From Podarcis gaigeae (Eukaryota): a DNA stretch of 64,000 nucleotides. The notes under the pieces are model-generated. The model was not told where the DNA came from. It was given only the letters and a program-made list of their open reading frames with translations, and searched no databases. A program made the position numbers and the translations under genes. This document shows positions 35,440-47,858 of the stretch, piece by piece. The DNA is taken from assembly GCA_964106915.2 (NCBI GenBank), contig OZ066914.1. One strand, given 5' to 3'. Each line of letters begins with the position of its first letter. Position 1 is the first letter of the stretch.

Positions 35440-36530
35440 AAGGGGACGAGGGCGATGTGAAGGTGAACATCTCCCCTCCACGTATCCCTCGGCTAAGGGC
35501 TCGTATCGCAGCAGACGATCTCAGAGCCCCGGAAGGAGGCGCCTCCTGACGCAGGCCTCTCCGTAGGCCCCTCCCCCTGCCTTCTTACCCCGCCCTCCCG
35601 GTCGCGAGGACAGCGCCGATCCCGCTCTCTGCGTTCCATTCGTCAGCTCTGCTCCGCTTTTTGTGCCTGCCGTTCGATTGGCTCGGCACTCGGCATCTCC
35701 GCACTCGGCTGCTTAGGTGCTCGGCTAGGCGCCCTGGCCTTGGTAGTAACTCGGAGCAGCAGCAGCGGCGGCAGAAACTGCAGGGGGAGAGGCCGCCGTC
35801 GGATTTGGGTTGTCCCTCCCTGGACCAGGCCCCGACCAGCCCGGAGCGTGCCTCACGCCACCGCTCCGGTCCTCTCCGGGATTCGAGGGCGCCAGGCCTT
35901 GGCCAGCCCCCCCCCCCGCCGCCTCAGGTAGGCTCTGGGCCTAGAGGCTCCGGGCCTGCTTCCTCTCTAGGGGGGTTGCCGGGCTCCCTCAAGCCGGCGG
36001 GGAGAGAAACGCGGCGGGTGGGGCCGGCCGGGGACTTGGGGAGCCTGAGGCGAAGGGCGGGAGGCGTTTCAGGAAGGGTCTCCTGGCGGCGTCGAGTTCC
36101 TCCGCTCCACCGCGGAGCCTCCCGCGGCCGCGTCTTTCTCGCGAGGAGGCTGCCTGGCTGTGGCCCCCGCGTCCTCCCCGCTCGGAGAACCGGCTAGCCG
36201 GACTCCTGGCGGCCCTGGCCTTCCTTCCCGGGACCCGCAGAACGAGGCTCTGAAGGCCCGCCCTGTGTTGTTTCCGGAGCCGTCGGTCTGAATACGGGGA
36301 GGCAGCGCTTCCTTAATTTAAAATACATTCGGTTCCCCTCCGCCCACGTAAACAGTCGGCCGCACTGTTCCCCCCCCCCCTTTTTCAGGGATGCGAGGAG
36401 GAATTTTCGCAGCGGGATGTCTGTTTTCCTGTGCGAATGTGGCTCCGAGCCTGCCCGCGCTTCCTTGAGAGTAAGGCCTGGTGGGCACGGGGACCACGAC
36501 GGCTTGGCTCTGAGGAAACGAGCACGAAAT
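35440..36530 (+). promoter_or_regulatory. AMBRA1: AMBRA1 CpG-island promoter with non-coding first exon (donor at 35927)
   Basis: CpG-dense block with a GC box (~35588), reverse CCAAT (~35677), TCTCGCGAG palindrome (36137) and donor CCTCAG|GTAGGC. Confidence 0.82.
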
Positions 36531-38209
36531 TGCAGGGAGAGTTGGCTGTTAGCTCGCTGGGGTCTCTCTGTACACGGGTCTTAATTAATTATTATTAATT
36601 AAGAATAATTAAATGTGAAGAGGGTTGTGAGGCTTTGTATGTAGAAGAAGGTATTTGGTTCGGAGAACTCAAGCCTGTTTTCCCCAATGTTTTTATAACT
36701 CCATCCAGCCATATATTTAACACCATAATTGGGATACAGTTGTTTTTTCCGGTCATCAGGATTTTACAGAATTGTGGACTGGTATATGTTGGTGTGTGTG
36801 TGTGTTCTGTACCATGAAATTGCTTATTAGTTTTCTAAGCTGTGTGTGTTTGGTATGCTTTAAGGATTTGGACTTCACTGTGTATTGCGAGGAGAGAGTA
36901 TGGCAACTAAGAATAAATGGGCTATGGAGATAGAAGAAAGGTAGCTTGGAGAAGAGAGTGTGCTAAATAAAATACTGAAGCCCTACTTAGCTCCCCCCCA
37001 CCCCCCCCAATTCCAAGTTTTATTCGAAAATGGTTACTTTGCCCTCCCCACAACAAAACACATTGCAAGTTTGCAGGGAAGTACACTTAATTTTAGATAA
37101 GTTAGTTTGATGCTTTCTGTCTGAAACATGGATAAAATTAAAATGCCACTTTGGTTATACTGTGCAAAACTGGATGTTGCAACTTCTATAAGCCATGAGG
37201 TGATCCAAAAAACGTCTTTCTGAGGAAAGTGACAACAGAGCATACGTTTTCATAAATCTTATCGGTTTTGCCTGCCTGCATAAACCTGTAGTATTTGAAA
37301 TTTCAGTATTTCATGCTCACCTGTCCTCCTTTGTTTTTCTGTAAATCTCAAAAGTAAATTCCACAAGTGCCTTTCACATTTGATTCAGATTTTTAAACAC
37401 TTAAAGAAATTACCTAACATGTCACCTAAATATGTTTTCTTGCAGTTTATATTAACTGCTTCTTAGATCCAGAAAATATTTTTTCATTTACTATTTTCTG
37501 GAAGCTTGTTAATATTTGAATACTGGCAGCATGTTAGTCCTATCTCAGTTCTTAAAAGGCAGATCCTTTTAGTTTGTCTTAATGTGACTTGCTTTCTAGA
37601 CTGTTTATCACTTTTGTAGTTTTTCTCTGAATCCTCTTCTGCCTATCATCATCTTTCTTTAACTGAGGTATCTGGGTAAACATAACACACTGAATGAAAC
37701 TTCTCTGCTCAGCATTGCGTAGTACAGAAAGAACTACAGTACTTGATACAAATCTTATGCAGATACAGCTCTCAGGATGGCATTGTACTTTGGAGCTGCA
37801 TCATTGCCTTCATTGCTCATTTCATTTGTTTACATTTTTCTCAGAAGTGTTATTGAGTATTGGAACATCTGCTTTTATAATTGTGTATTGGATGGGTCTC
37901 GTATATACATTTTACATTTGACCTTGTTGAATTTTACTTCATTGTTAACTCCTCCGCTCTTCATTTTGAAACTATCTGGAGTTGTTTTGCTTTTCATCCA
38001 ATATGTTTACTGTTACTCCCATTTGTGTTGTACTTGCAGATCTGAATGAATGGATAACTACTTCATCCAAGTATTTTTTTTTAAATAAACTTGCTGTTGT
38101 CACCACTAAAATTATTTGGTGACAAAATGGTTTTGTATGATAAAACCAAGCAATAGGCACAGGAAGAACCAGCAGAGCAAATATTTTAGATCTAAAACTG
38201 ATAAATAAT

Positions 38210-38226
38210 TTATTATTATTATTATT

Positions 38227-38265
<39 letters not shown>

Positions 38266-38270
38266 ATTAT
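38210..38270. repeat. Compound (TTA)n(TTG)n microsatellite
   Basis: Read directly; the source of the spurious poly-N ORF 37972-38355. Confidence 0.95.
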
Positions 38271-38555
38271 CATCTACCTTTTCATCAGACTGCCCCAAGG
38301 TGGCATACCACATTAAAAATAGATTAAAACAGATTGATGTTGCTAGTCCCCTCATAAAGCAAATGAAACCGAACTATAATTGCATTTTAATACAGTTTTA
38401 AAAAATATTTGTCTGTATATGCACAGTTGTAAAAGTTACAGGATTGAAATTTTTGAAGGGTGGTTATATAGCTGGCCTTCTCAGGGAAGCTGGGTGAGAA
38501 AATTTATGTTGAGCTTCCTTTAAGAATGAAATCTTGAAGGAAGTGCCGCTGAATT

Positions 38556-38649
38556 CTGTAGGATTTACCTTACTTCTGTAATTCTGTATTCTGTAGGATT
38601 TACCTTACTTCTGTAGGATTTACCTTACTTCTGTAGGAGTAACCTTACA
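38556..38649. repeat. 20-bp tandem repeat CTGTAGGATTTACCTTACTT (3 copies plus a degenerate 4th)
   Basis: Read directly. Confidence 0.85.
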
Positions 38650-38960
38650 GAGGATTGGAATGTTGCTTGATGAAGCTCCAGTAAGACTGAATGGCCAAAA
38701 AGACTGGGTTGTTAAAAAAAGAAATTAAACAAAGACATATCTACAGTATTATAATCTTAACTTTGAAACATAGGCAGGTGTACAGATAGATTCAAAAGGG
38801 TGAGCAAAAAATCATTACAAAAAAGGTCATGGAAAGTTTTATTTAATGTGAAATTGTCAAATAGCTCTTGACTGAGTATTTATGAGAGGCCCCTTTTGCA
38901 GAGGTTGACAGTATTGTGGAGTGCCTTGTTTAGGGTTTTCTACTGCTGCAGTCCTTCAGA

Positions 38961-39181
38961 TAGGGGTGCCCAAACTTTTTTCAAAGAGAGCCGGATTTGG
39001 TGACGTGAACATGCATGAGGGATGACCAAAGTTGTTGAGCTTTTTTTACGATTTTACCACAAAGTTGTTGAAGTTGTTTTTTAGGATTTGACACCAAGAA
39101 ATAAACTGCCACAGGGGCCGAATTAAACCAGCCAGGGAGCTAGATGAGCCCCCCCCCCCCGGCGGACTTTGGACATACTTG
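38961..39181. mobile_element. hAT-like MITE
   Basis: Termini AGGGGTGCCCAAA / TTTGGACATACTTG with degenerate 8-bp flanks. Confidence 0.65.
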
Positions 39182-41189
39182 CTTTAGAACAGACCACACT
39201 AGTGCAGTTTGAGTGTCATTAAACCATATTTTAAAACAGACAACGGCTGCATGTGTTGGTTTGTGCTGCACAAAATTTCCCCCAGTGCCCTTTCCCCATT
39301 TCTGCCATGTTGCAGATGAGATCAACTGGCGTCTGTTTTGTCATATTTGAACCTGAGCTTATGGTTACTTCTCTTCAAACAAACCATGAATGGTAAATAA
39401 AGCCAAGAACAACTTTGGTTACCACTTTGGTTTGGAGAGAAGCAAACTGTGAGTCCGGGTTTGGACAACACAACAAGCTAAGCTCTCTGTCTTGTTTCAT
39501 TTTCAATGCAACAGGAGCGGGGATGAATGCTGTGGACTCTTCTGAACAGTGTGCACCAGCACGTTGCTCATTCACATTACAACATCATTAGTTTAAAATA
39601 TGGTTTAGGGTGATGTGTAAACTGGGCCATTGTGTAGTACTACTGCAGTCTAACAATGTAATGTGTATATTACATTGTATAATATATAGTTTTCACAAGG
39701 CCTTGTCTCTCAGAATGTTCTTTCTGAGTTGACAAATTCCAGACTGTGTTCTGTTGCCTTAACCCAACTCAGCAAAGTGCTATTAAAAGTGTGCTTACTA
39801 GAATGATCATTTTATTATCTCTTTTTCATTTTGTCTTTGTCATTTTTGCCACTGTGAAGTATAACCCAAACTTACTTTCCCTCCTTCATGTCTTCTTCAG
39901 ATTGTCATTCAGGAATGCACTAGTTCCAAACCTGCCAAGTTCTATCATCTGTGGACCTACTTTTCCTTTGTTTTGGTAAGAAAAATCTTAGAACTATTCT
40001 TTGATCTGTTATGTATAGAGTTGCATTGTAAACAACTGGACAGTCTCATCAATTCACATTCAGTTAACATAAATTTTAGGCTTGAGAAACTCCATGGTAA
40101 GTATCCCCCTTAAGTATAGGAGCTGGCTTTTTCTGCATTCATTCTTTGTAGATTTTTAAAAAAGATTCTCCTTTTCTTAACCATGTGAGCATCAGCATTC
40201 AGACTTAAAAAGAGATGCATTGTTTTTCGTGTTTTCTCTGTTGGCTTGAGCCTGACTTTAAGAACTTTCCTCCCTTTTAAAAAACGTACTATATATAACT
40301 CATTTAACTTGAGTAGTCCCTATTAAAAAGTAAATAAATAAATAAAGCAGAATCACTTCTTCAAATGTTGCAAAACTTATTTGGGGAGTAGGGGAGAAAA
40401 TTATTTGGCAAGTGTGTGTGTGTATGTGGGGAGTTTAGTATCATTACCAAATGATTCGTGATTCAGCAAACTTCTGTAGCAAATGGTAGGACCAAGTTTC
40501 CCCTGACTTTTGTCTGAGGAGAAGATGGAATTTCAGACTATAATGATGTAAATGTGCATCCAAATGTGCATCCACAGCAGGAACATCTGGACACATTTTA
40601 AAACTAGCTTTTGCTATTGCAACATTGATTTTCTCTCAGAAAACTCAAAATTGACCAGGCCTGCACTTAGCTTATAAGAGAAAACTTATTGTACTTCACA
40701 GTTTGGTAGGAAATTGTTTCTCAAACTGAGAGTGCCAAACCACAGCAGAGACATTGCATGTGGTTCCACAGAAATAAAACTTGTCTATTATGACCTATTA
40801 CATGGATACAGATGCATGGATTGTATGAACTGAAATGGGACAATTAGTTGCAGCCCTCCAGCTTTTTAATACAAAGGCCTTTGGAAAATACATTCTCATA
40901 TGTGGGAATATGACTTCCCTCCCTTTTCCTCTAGAGTTGAGGCACTTGCAAGAAGTGGTACTGGAACTAACCTAACTCCCACTGTGCCAGAGGCTTTGAT
41001 TGTTTTATTGTTCACTCATCTCTAGCATATGCTTCAACTGAAGTAGTGTCCACAGTTCAGAAACTATAATAAAACGTGGTTAAAACCAACCAATGTAACA
41101 AGATATTAAAGACATGTAAAGCAGCTGCTGAAAGTAAATTAGCTCAAGAACAGATCTACAGCTGCTGCTATTTTAGCCCATCAAAAGCA

Positions 41190-42450
41190 TCTTCTTAAAT
41201 ATTCACTGCCTGTGAACAGTCATCAAAGTAGGGGCAAAAGAGACTATTGTTAGAAGGGTATTCCATAGACTGAATGGTACAGTGGAGAAGACCTGGATCT
41301 GTGCCTTTCTATTTCACATGTGTGTAAGAAGGGACATGAACAGAGTCTCCCCAGCAGGTTGGGAAATTAGAGATGGGGAGGTATTTATGGAGGAAGAGAC
41401 TTTCACTGGTATGTAGGATCCAAGCTGTACACTGCTTTAAAACTGAGAACCAGCACTTTAAATTGGGCCTGGAAGCAAATAGGCAAATAGTGCAACTGAT
41501 AAAACAGGAGTAATATGTTCTTTATAAAGTGTACCCATCATAAGGTGAACGGTTGGCTCTTGCACCATCTGCATCTTTCAAACAGGAGGCAGTCCTGTGT
41601 AGAGTTCATGGCAGTAATCCAAATAGGTTACAAATGACAGAGGCTAGGTGCCAGTTTGAGATGAGCAGCCAAAATTCCCTCAGATGTTACTAATAAAGTA
41701 TATTAGGGAATTTGAACACTTGTTCACATACATACAGATATCTGCTATTTTGCTGCCTATTCTCAGTGCTGTGAACAGTTCATTAAAAAAAAACTTTCTT
41801 TTCCACCTTTGGATCCAGAAGGATTTTCAAGGTGGCTTATATAAAATAATGGAGTATAATTGCGTTAGGGCTGCTTCTGCGCCTTGCAACATGTGCTGTT
41901 CTACAGGCAGTACTACAAGTTCTTCCAAAACAGTTTTCATTACCTCATTCTTTCCTTTCATCCTGCAGAATGCAGCTCCCATGCTTATATCTAGGGCAGC
42001 AAGATGGAATCATGTATAACCAATCCTAAAAACTGCACTGGTGGTTTGTGTTCCACTGGGCCTAATTCAAGTTATTAGTAATAGCTTGCAAAGTCTTCAA
42101 CAACTCAAACCTCCATTTCCTGCCAACTTGATCCTTAAGATTAGCAATGGGAGGCTATTGCAGCCCCCCATCAGGATTTGGGGAGCAAGAATCTGTAGAA
42201 GGGCCTTCTCCATAGTGGGACCCGAATTCTAGAATTACCCCCATAGGTATGCCTGTTGCCCCCACTTTGGTTTTCAGACGTCAATTAAAGACATTTTAAT
42301 TCATCTAGGCTTTTGTAGTTTAAATGTTTAACCCTTGGCAACAGTACTGTAACCAGTGTTTTAATGAGTTAATAATTGTTTTGTTGGTACATTTTTACTG
42401 TGTGTGTTATGATGGATATATGTTTGTACATCACCCTGGGCTCCTTTGGA
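41190..42450. mobile_element. Two L2-type LINE fragments in opposite orientations (~41190-41680 -, ~41960-42450 +)
   Basis: The + fragment has CAGAATGCAGCT..CTGCACTGG (QNAA..LHW). The - fragment has CCAGCACTTTAAATTGGGCCTGGAAGCAAATAGG..GCAGTAATCCAA. Confidence 0.55.
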
Positions 42451-42665
42451 GGAATGATGACAAACAAACAAACAATAGAATGGCATCTCATTCTCATGGT
42501 TGGCAAGTGATTGGTCCTTTGTCTGGTTTCATGCTTATTATTCTCTTTCCCAGGACTCTAGGACTTGTTGCTGAGCAGGGGCAGAGAGGGAGGATCCAAG
42601 TGCAGCAGCTGTACATTGGGTCATCCACTAAGCAATAGTAGTTGGTCCTGTAACTTTTCTCAGTA

Positions 42666-42872
42666 CAGTGGTACCTTGGGTTACAAACACTTTGGGTTAC
42701 AGACTCCACTAACTCAGAAATAGTACCTCAACTTTACCTCAGGATGAGAACAGAAATCGTGCGGTGGCAGCGGGGGGCCCCATTAGTTAAAGTGGTACCT
42801 CAGGTTAAGAATGGTTTCAGGTTAAGAACAGACCTCCGGAACGAATTAAGTTCGTAACCAGAGGTACCACTG
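42666..42872 (+). mobile_element. Tc1/mariner MITE, family A copy 3
   Basis: TA-CAGTGGTACC ... GAGGTACCACTG-TA. Confidence 0.9.
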
Positions 42873-44072
42873 TATACTTTTAGACTTGCATTTCTTTGAA
42901 ACGCTGCTAATTATTTTCATACAAAATGCCAATAATGCACAATTTCACTGTTCAGATGCTTTTGCAGGTTACAATTCATTCATTCATTCATTTGGAGTAT
43001 TTACACCCCACCTACTAACCAAAGTAAGCAACTTACAATGTATTTAAAATATAGCAAAATAGGCAAGAGTTACCAGACAGGCAAAAGTGTTACCACATTC
43101 CCCCACCCCCAAATGTCCCTGCTACTACTTCGTTTTTGAAAATTTGGGCTAGAGCAGATCTAATGTTGGTTAATAAGAAAAAGGTCCAGTTCAGAGTTTT
43201 GAGGTGCACACCTCTGTTCATCACTGTAAATTAATGGTTACCTTCTGCTTACTATCTCTAGAGCCATTTACTGTTCATGTTCTTGTTGTCTTGTAGTTTT
43301 ATTACTGAAGAGCTATAGGACTCTAAATTTGATTTGCTTTCATTAGCTAATCCAGTTGCTCACAGAATGTTGTAAGACGTCTTTGAGGAAAACAAGAAAG
43401 CAGATGCTGTTGCAATCTGTGTGAAACTACTGGGACCTGTTTTGGCTATTGGTAGTTTATGCTAATACTGGCCTGCTGCTGTGGACCTTAAAACAGTGGG
43501 TTATAGCTTCAAAATAACAAATGAACTTCATTGCATTAAAGAGTTATGGCAAGAAGCATGTTCTGATAAGGGAATTAAGTTGTGCATGACAGGAAAATGA
43601 AATGTTGCTGGAATTTTATTGTTTAAAATTTGCAGTTTCTTCCATTTGGTTGAGTGAAATTGAGGTGCTCAGCCTCTTATTTAACTTTAGAGGACCTTGG
43701 TGGGCACAATTGCCTTGGAAGTACCAACTGCTAGCAGGGGACAACTGGCCTTCATCATGGGGCTGAGTGAGTTCCAGCTGCTCGCCTCTACTACTATGCC
43801 TCAAAGGACCTGCTGCCTGGCAACTGCCAGCAAGAAAATACTGCTTCCCTCATGGAATGAGCAAGAGCCAGCTGCTCGGCCATGCTCCTTTGCCTCAAGA
43901 TTTTAGTGAGGGCTGTTCCTGGTATGACACCATGGAAGAGCAAGGATGCAAGCAGAAAATGCTGCCTAAATAATTCTGGTTCCATGCAGTTACTGTGTAG
44001 TTTTTATTTCTGTAAGCCACTTTGAGAGCATCTCAGGGAGCATCTTGGGATTATAGAATGGGGATTGAAGTA

Positions 44073-44305
44073 CGGTGGTACCTCAGGTTACAGACACTTC
44101 AGGTTACAGATGCTTCAGGTTATAGACTCCTCTAATCCAGAAATAGTACCTCGGGTAAAGAAATTTGCTTCAGGATGAGAACAGAAATCGTGCAGTGGCG
44201 GCGTGGTAGGCCCCATTAGCTAAAGTGGTACCTCAGGTTAAGAACAGTTTCAGGTTAAGAACGGACCTCCAGAATGAATTAAGTTCTTAATCCAAGGTAC
44301 CACTG
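44073..44305 (+). mobile_element. Tc1/mariner MITE, family A copy 4
   Basis: TA-CGGTGGTACCTC ... AAGGTACCACTG-TA. Confidence 0.9.
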
Positions 44306-45076
44306 TATTCTAAATAATAGTAAATATGGATAGGGATCTTCACTCTCTTGTAATGTGATGATTTATTCTCTGTTATTAGGGGACATTTGGTCTGCTTCTC
44401 CCTGTGTTCTAAAAGTGGCTATAAGAATAAAAGGACAACTTTCCAGTAGGAATTTTGCAGCTTGTGGGGCAGCTTTTGATGTTTATGGCAAGGATTTATT
44501 GGGTACAGTAAATGCTGTCAGGGAGTGTGGAGGTTAGCAATTTCTCAGTGCAATACTGCCTTGCCAAGTCATCCTTGTTCTGGTCCCCCCCCCCTTTATA
44601 GCCATTTATATAGCTGATGAATGCTGTATTGTGACCAGTGTCTTGGGTTTAACCTTGTGTAAATTGCCACTTTTGACCTGATATTAATATGGATACTACA
44701 ATAGCTCTGAGATACGGATGTCTGAGACGTGTGCAACACAATTCTAAACACATTTACTGAGAGGTAAGCCTCATTACCCTCAATGGCTTATACTTTCTAT
44801 TAAATATGGTTAGAATTGCAGCCATGCAACCCATGCCAGTGTTTTTGGTTGATTGTTCAGATTTCATGTTGGTCTTGCTCTTTCTGTGTTGAACAAGTTC
44901 ATGGATTACACATGAACCAGCATGGCCAATGGTCAAGGTTGATGAAAGTATAGTTCAAAAACAAATGGAGGGCATCACATTCACTACCAATGTCTATTAG
45001 TGAAAGAGGCTTGGATTAGTCAATAATTACAGCAAAAGATATTAAGATTACTGATTGCTGAATGTTTCCTGCAGAG

Positions 45077-45213
45077 CAGGGGTAGCCAACATGGTGCTCT
45101 CCAGATGTTGTGAACTGCAACTCCCCATTGTTTCTCACCTTTGGGCATGCTAGCTGGGACTAATGGCAGTTGTAGTCCACAACATATGGAGGGGGCCATC
45201 TTGGTTACCACAG
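45077..45213. mobile_element. hAT-like MITE (~135 bp family)
   Basis: CAGGGGTAGCCAACATGGTGC.CTCCAGATGTTG ... CAACATATGGAGGGG.CCATCTTGGTTACC. Confidence 0.7.
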
Positions 45214-46847
45214 CTATGTTTTTGGTATCCCTAAACCTTTTGTTGCTGTTTCTGATTCATTGTATGCTTTGTGATACTCTTGGTTTACAGCAACATTGAT
45301 TTCCCCTTTCCTACTTTTGTTCACTAAATAAATATGGGCTGATTGGGTAAGTTGCACATGAAGAGCATTGGAAACATGCATGATATGAATTGGAGTCTTA
45401 TGCTCTCAAGTGAGCCAAGGCTCTTCCATGTGCTTCTGTTAACTTATCCTTAATTTGTATTACCTGTTCCCAGGTGTGTGGGAGCCTTGATTTGCACCAT
45501 CAAAAACCTGGTGGAAAAGGAAAGTGTTTACTTGGTGCCAAAAGTATGTCAATAAAGGTATCAAATGGACCTTATTTAGAGATCAAGGCAGGGCTTATTA
45601 CATGGTTGGATGGATTATTTTGGGTTCCAGGCAAGACATTCATGAGCTGAGGCACTTTGGATTTTCTTCAAGTTCTTCCAAGTATTAAGTACTGGGGTGC
45701 TCCATGACATCCCATGCTTCTTCCTCAGAGGAGGTCTCTGGTGTTTTTGTTGGCAACTGGCATCTGCATTCATTTATTCTGCTCTTGATTAAACAGGCTT
45801 TCACACAATTGCTAGAACTGTTCTGTATGTACCTGGAGTTGAAAGCAGTAGAAACACTTTTCCAAAATCTGATAAACATTACCAGGTAGATATCTAGCAT
45901 TCTTTCAGAATATTGATGAGTGAAACCAATGTATAATAGTGATGGAATATCCCTTGGAATGTCCAGGGCACACTCTCATGCCAGATCAGATTCCCAAAGG
46001 GTTTGATGTATGTGTATTTGCTTTTGAAGTAGAAAGAAAAAGTGTGAGTGACTCCAACTTCTTCCTATTATGGAACAAGTGTGAGGGGGGAGTTTTCTCT
46101 GTTCCCAATTTGCACAAGGAATAGAAACAGGACATGAGGAAGTGCAGTTGTAAATGGTTGAGGGTAGAATGAACACATTAAACTTCTGCATAATGGTATT
46201 CGTATTTTCTTTGTAAAAGGTTTACTTAGATTAAATCTTAAAGATGACTGGCTTTACCCATGTGATCATACAGTTGCGTAATTCTTTTAAAAATTAAAAA
46301 CATCAGTGTTTGAAACAAATTAAGCCTAGGTGTTCCGCCCATTCAGAGCACCATCACCCCCGGGGCCAGTCATAAAGGAAGAAAGAAAAACCACTCTCAG
46401 ATTGCACTCAGAATGGATTATGAAAGTTAATCAAATGTATACACATTAACTTTATGTAAACTTGATTTATTACACTGGTGAGCAAAGCAATTCCTCAAGA
46501 AAATTCCCTTGAGAACTCTCTCTGTTAACTTTCCTTAGTAAGGAAAGTTTCTTTTCTTGCAATTGATTAAAAATATCTGTCTTGGTAAGCAGCTGTTGTC
46601 TTGGGTCAGCAGTCTGGAAGTTGTTCTCAATAAAGTAAAATTTGTAATGAGAACTCCCCAGTTTCATATTATGCCCTTTTAGTTTGTAGTATTTGATGAG
46701 ACCTGCTTTCGTAAATCCAGTTGATAGTGTGCTTGACCTGGAAATATCTTCACATCCAACTTGGTGGTGTATTTGCTATGTGATTTGGCCTGTGACATAA
46801 CTCATATGGTGATTTTTATGATGACAGGAAGTGATTTAGCAGCAGTA

Positions 46848-47083
46848 CAGTGGTACCTCGGGTTACATACGCTTCGGGTTACGTATGCTTCAGGTTACAC
46901 ACTCTGCTAACCCAGAAATAGTGCTTCAGGTTAAGAACTTTGCTTCAGGATAAGAACAGAAATTGTGCTCCGGAGGCGCAGCAGGAGGCCCCATTAGTTA
47001 AAGTGGTGCTTCAGGTTAAGAACAGCTTCAGGTTAAGAACGGACCTCCGGAACAAATTAAGTACTTAACCTGAGGTACCACTG
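46848..47083 (+). mobile_element. Tc1/mariner MITE, family A copy 5
   Basis: TA-CAGTGGTACCTCGGG ... CCTGAGGTACCACTG-TA. Confidence 0.9.
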
Positions 47084-47723
47084 TAAATGTAATCTGTTTA
47101 TGTTCTATCTTTCTCAAAGATATATTTTTTAAAGCTGAAACTGTCTTGACTGGAAAATACTTTTATTCTAAATACTACAAAATACATTTGAAAATGAAAT
47201 TGCCACAAATCAATTCTTACGAAGAGTTATTTAAAAAAAGTTTGACAAGAGCATCCATGTAGTGAAGTGAACATGAATCAGGTGTTCAGTGAACCATAGC
47301 TAATAAGAGAGTGACTTGCTGTTTGTTAAATCTCCAACCACACAAAGTTTTTCTTGTAAGACTTTGCAGGCCATCTACTATGTGTTAGATTTGCCATGAA
47401 AATGCCGGACCTGGACCCATCATTCTGCAACCTGAGGAAGATCTGTCTTGAATGTGCTGCAATTACAGTGGTCTCTCTTAAGAATCTGATGATGATAATA
47501 GTAATGCTATGTTGGTGGGGATGGAATGTTAACAATTGCACAGAGAGATATCAGTTTGTATTGACCTCTTGGAAACTTCTGACTTGGGTTCCTTGAAATA
47601 TATCTTCACTATCTAGATTTCCATGAGGACAGCCTTGCAAGGAGTGGATGGCACTTGTGTAGATTATTGGCACTTGTGATCTGGTGTCTCTCGGTGACTC
47701 ATTCCCCTGAGACAGTAAAAGCC

Positions 47724-47858
47724 ATGAAGGTTGTACCAGAGAAGAATGCTGTTCGAATCCTTTGGGGCCGAGAACGGGGCACACAAGCTTTGGGAGCACA
47801 GCGTCTTCTGCAGGAGTTGGTAGAAGACAAAACCCGTTGGATGAAATGGGAGGGCAAG
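47724..47858 (+). CDS. AMBRA1: AMBRA1 coding exon 1 (exon probably starts at 47617)
   Basis: [45 protein letters not shown]; GCCATGA start; AAG|GTAAAG. Confidence 0.96.

Noticed and set aside
35661-36197. 178-aa ORF
   Set aside because: CpG-island artefact with a non-ATG start that runs across the AMBRA1 exon 1 donor.
37972-38355. Poly-asparagine ORF
   Set aside because: Translation of the (TTA)n(TTG)n microsatellite.
38556-38649. CRISPR-like repeat array
   Set aside because: Adjacent tandem copies without unique spacers, in a vertebrate intron.
39653-39678. 10-bp hairpin ACAATGTAAT / ATTACATTGT
   Set aside because: Short, AT-rich and without functional context; too small for a pre-miRNA.
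45474-45557. Possible AMBRA1 leader exon
   Set aside because: The acceptor is plausible, but both donors (45543 and 45557) are weak and there is no other support.
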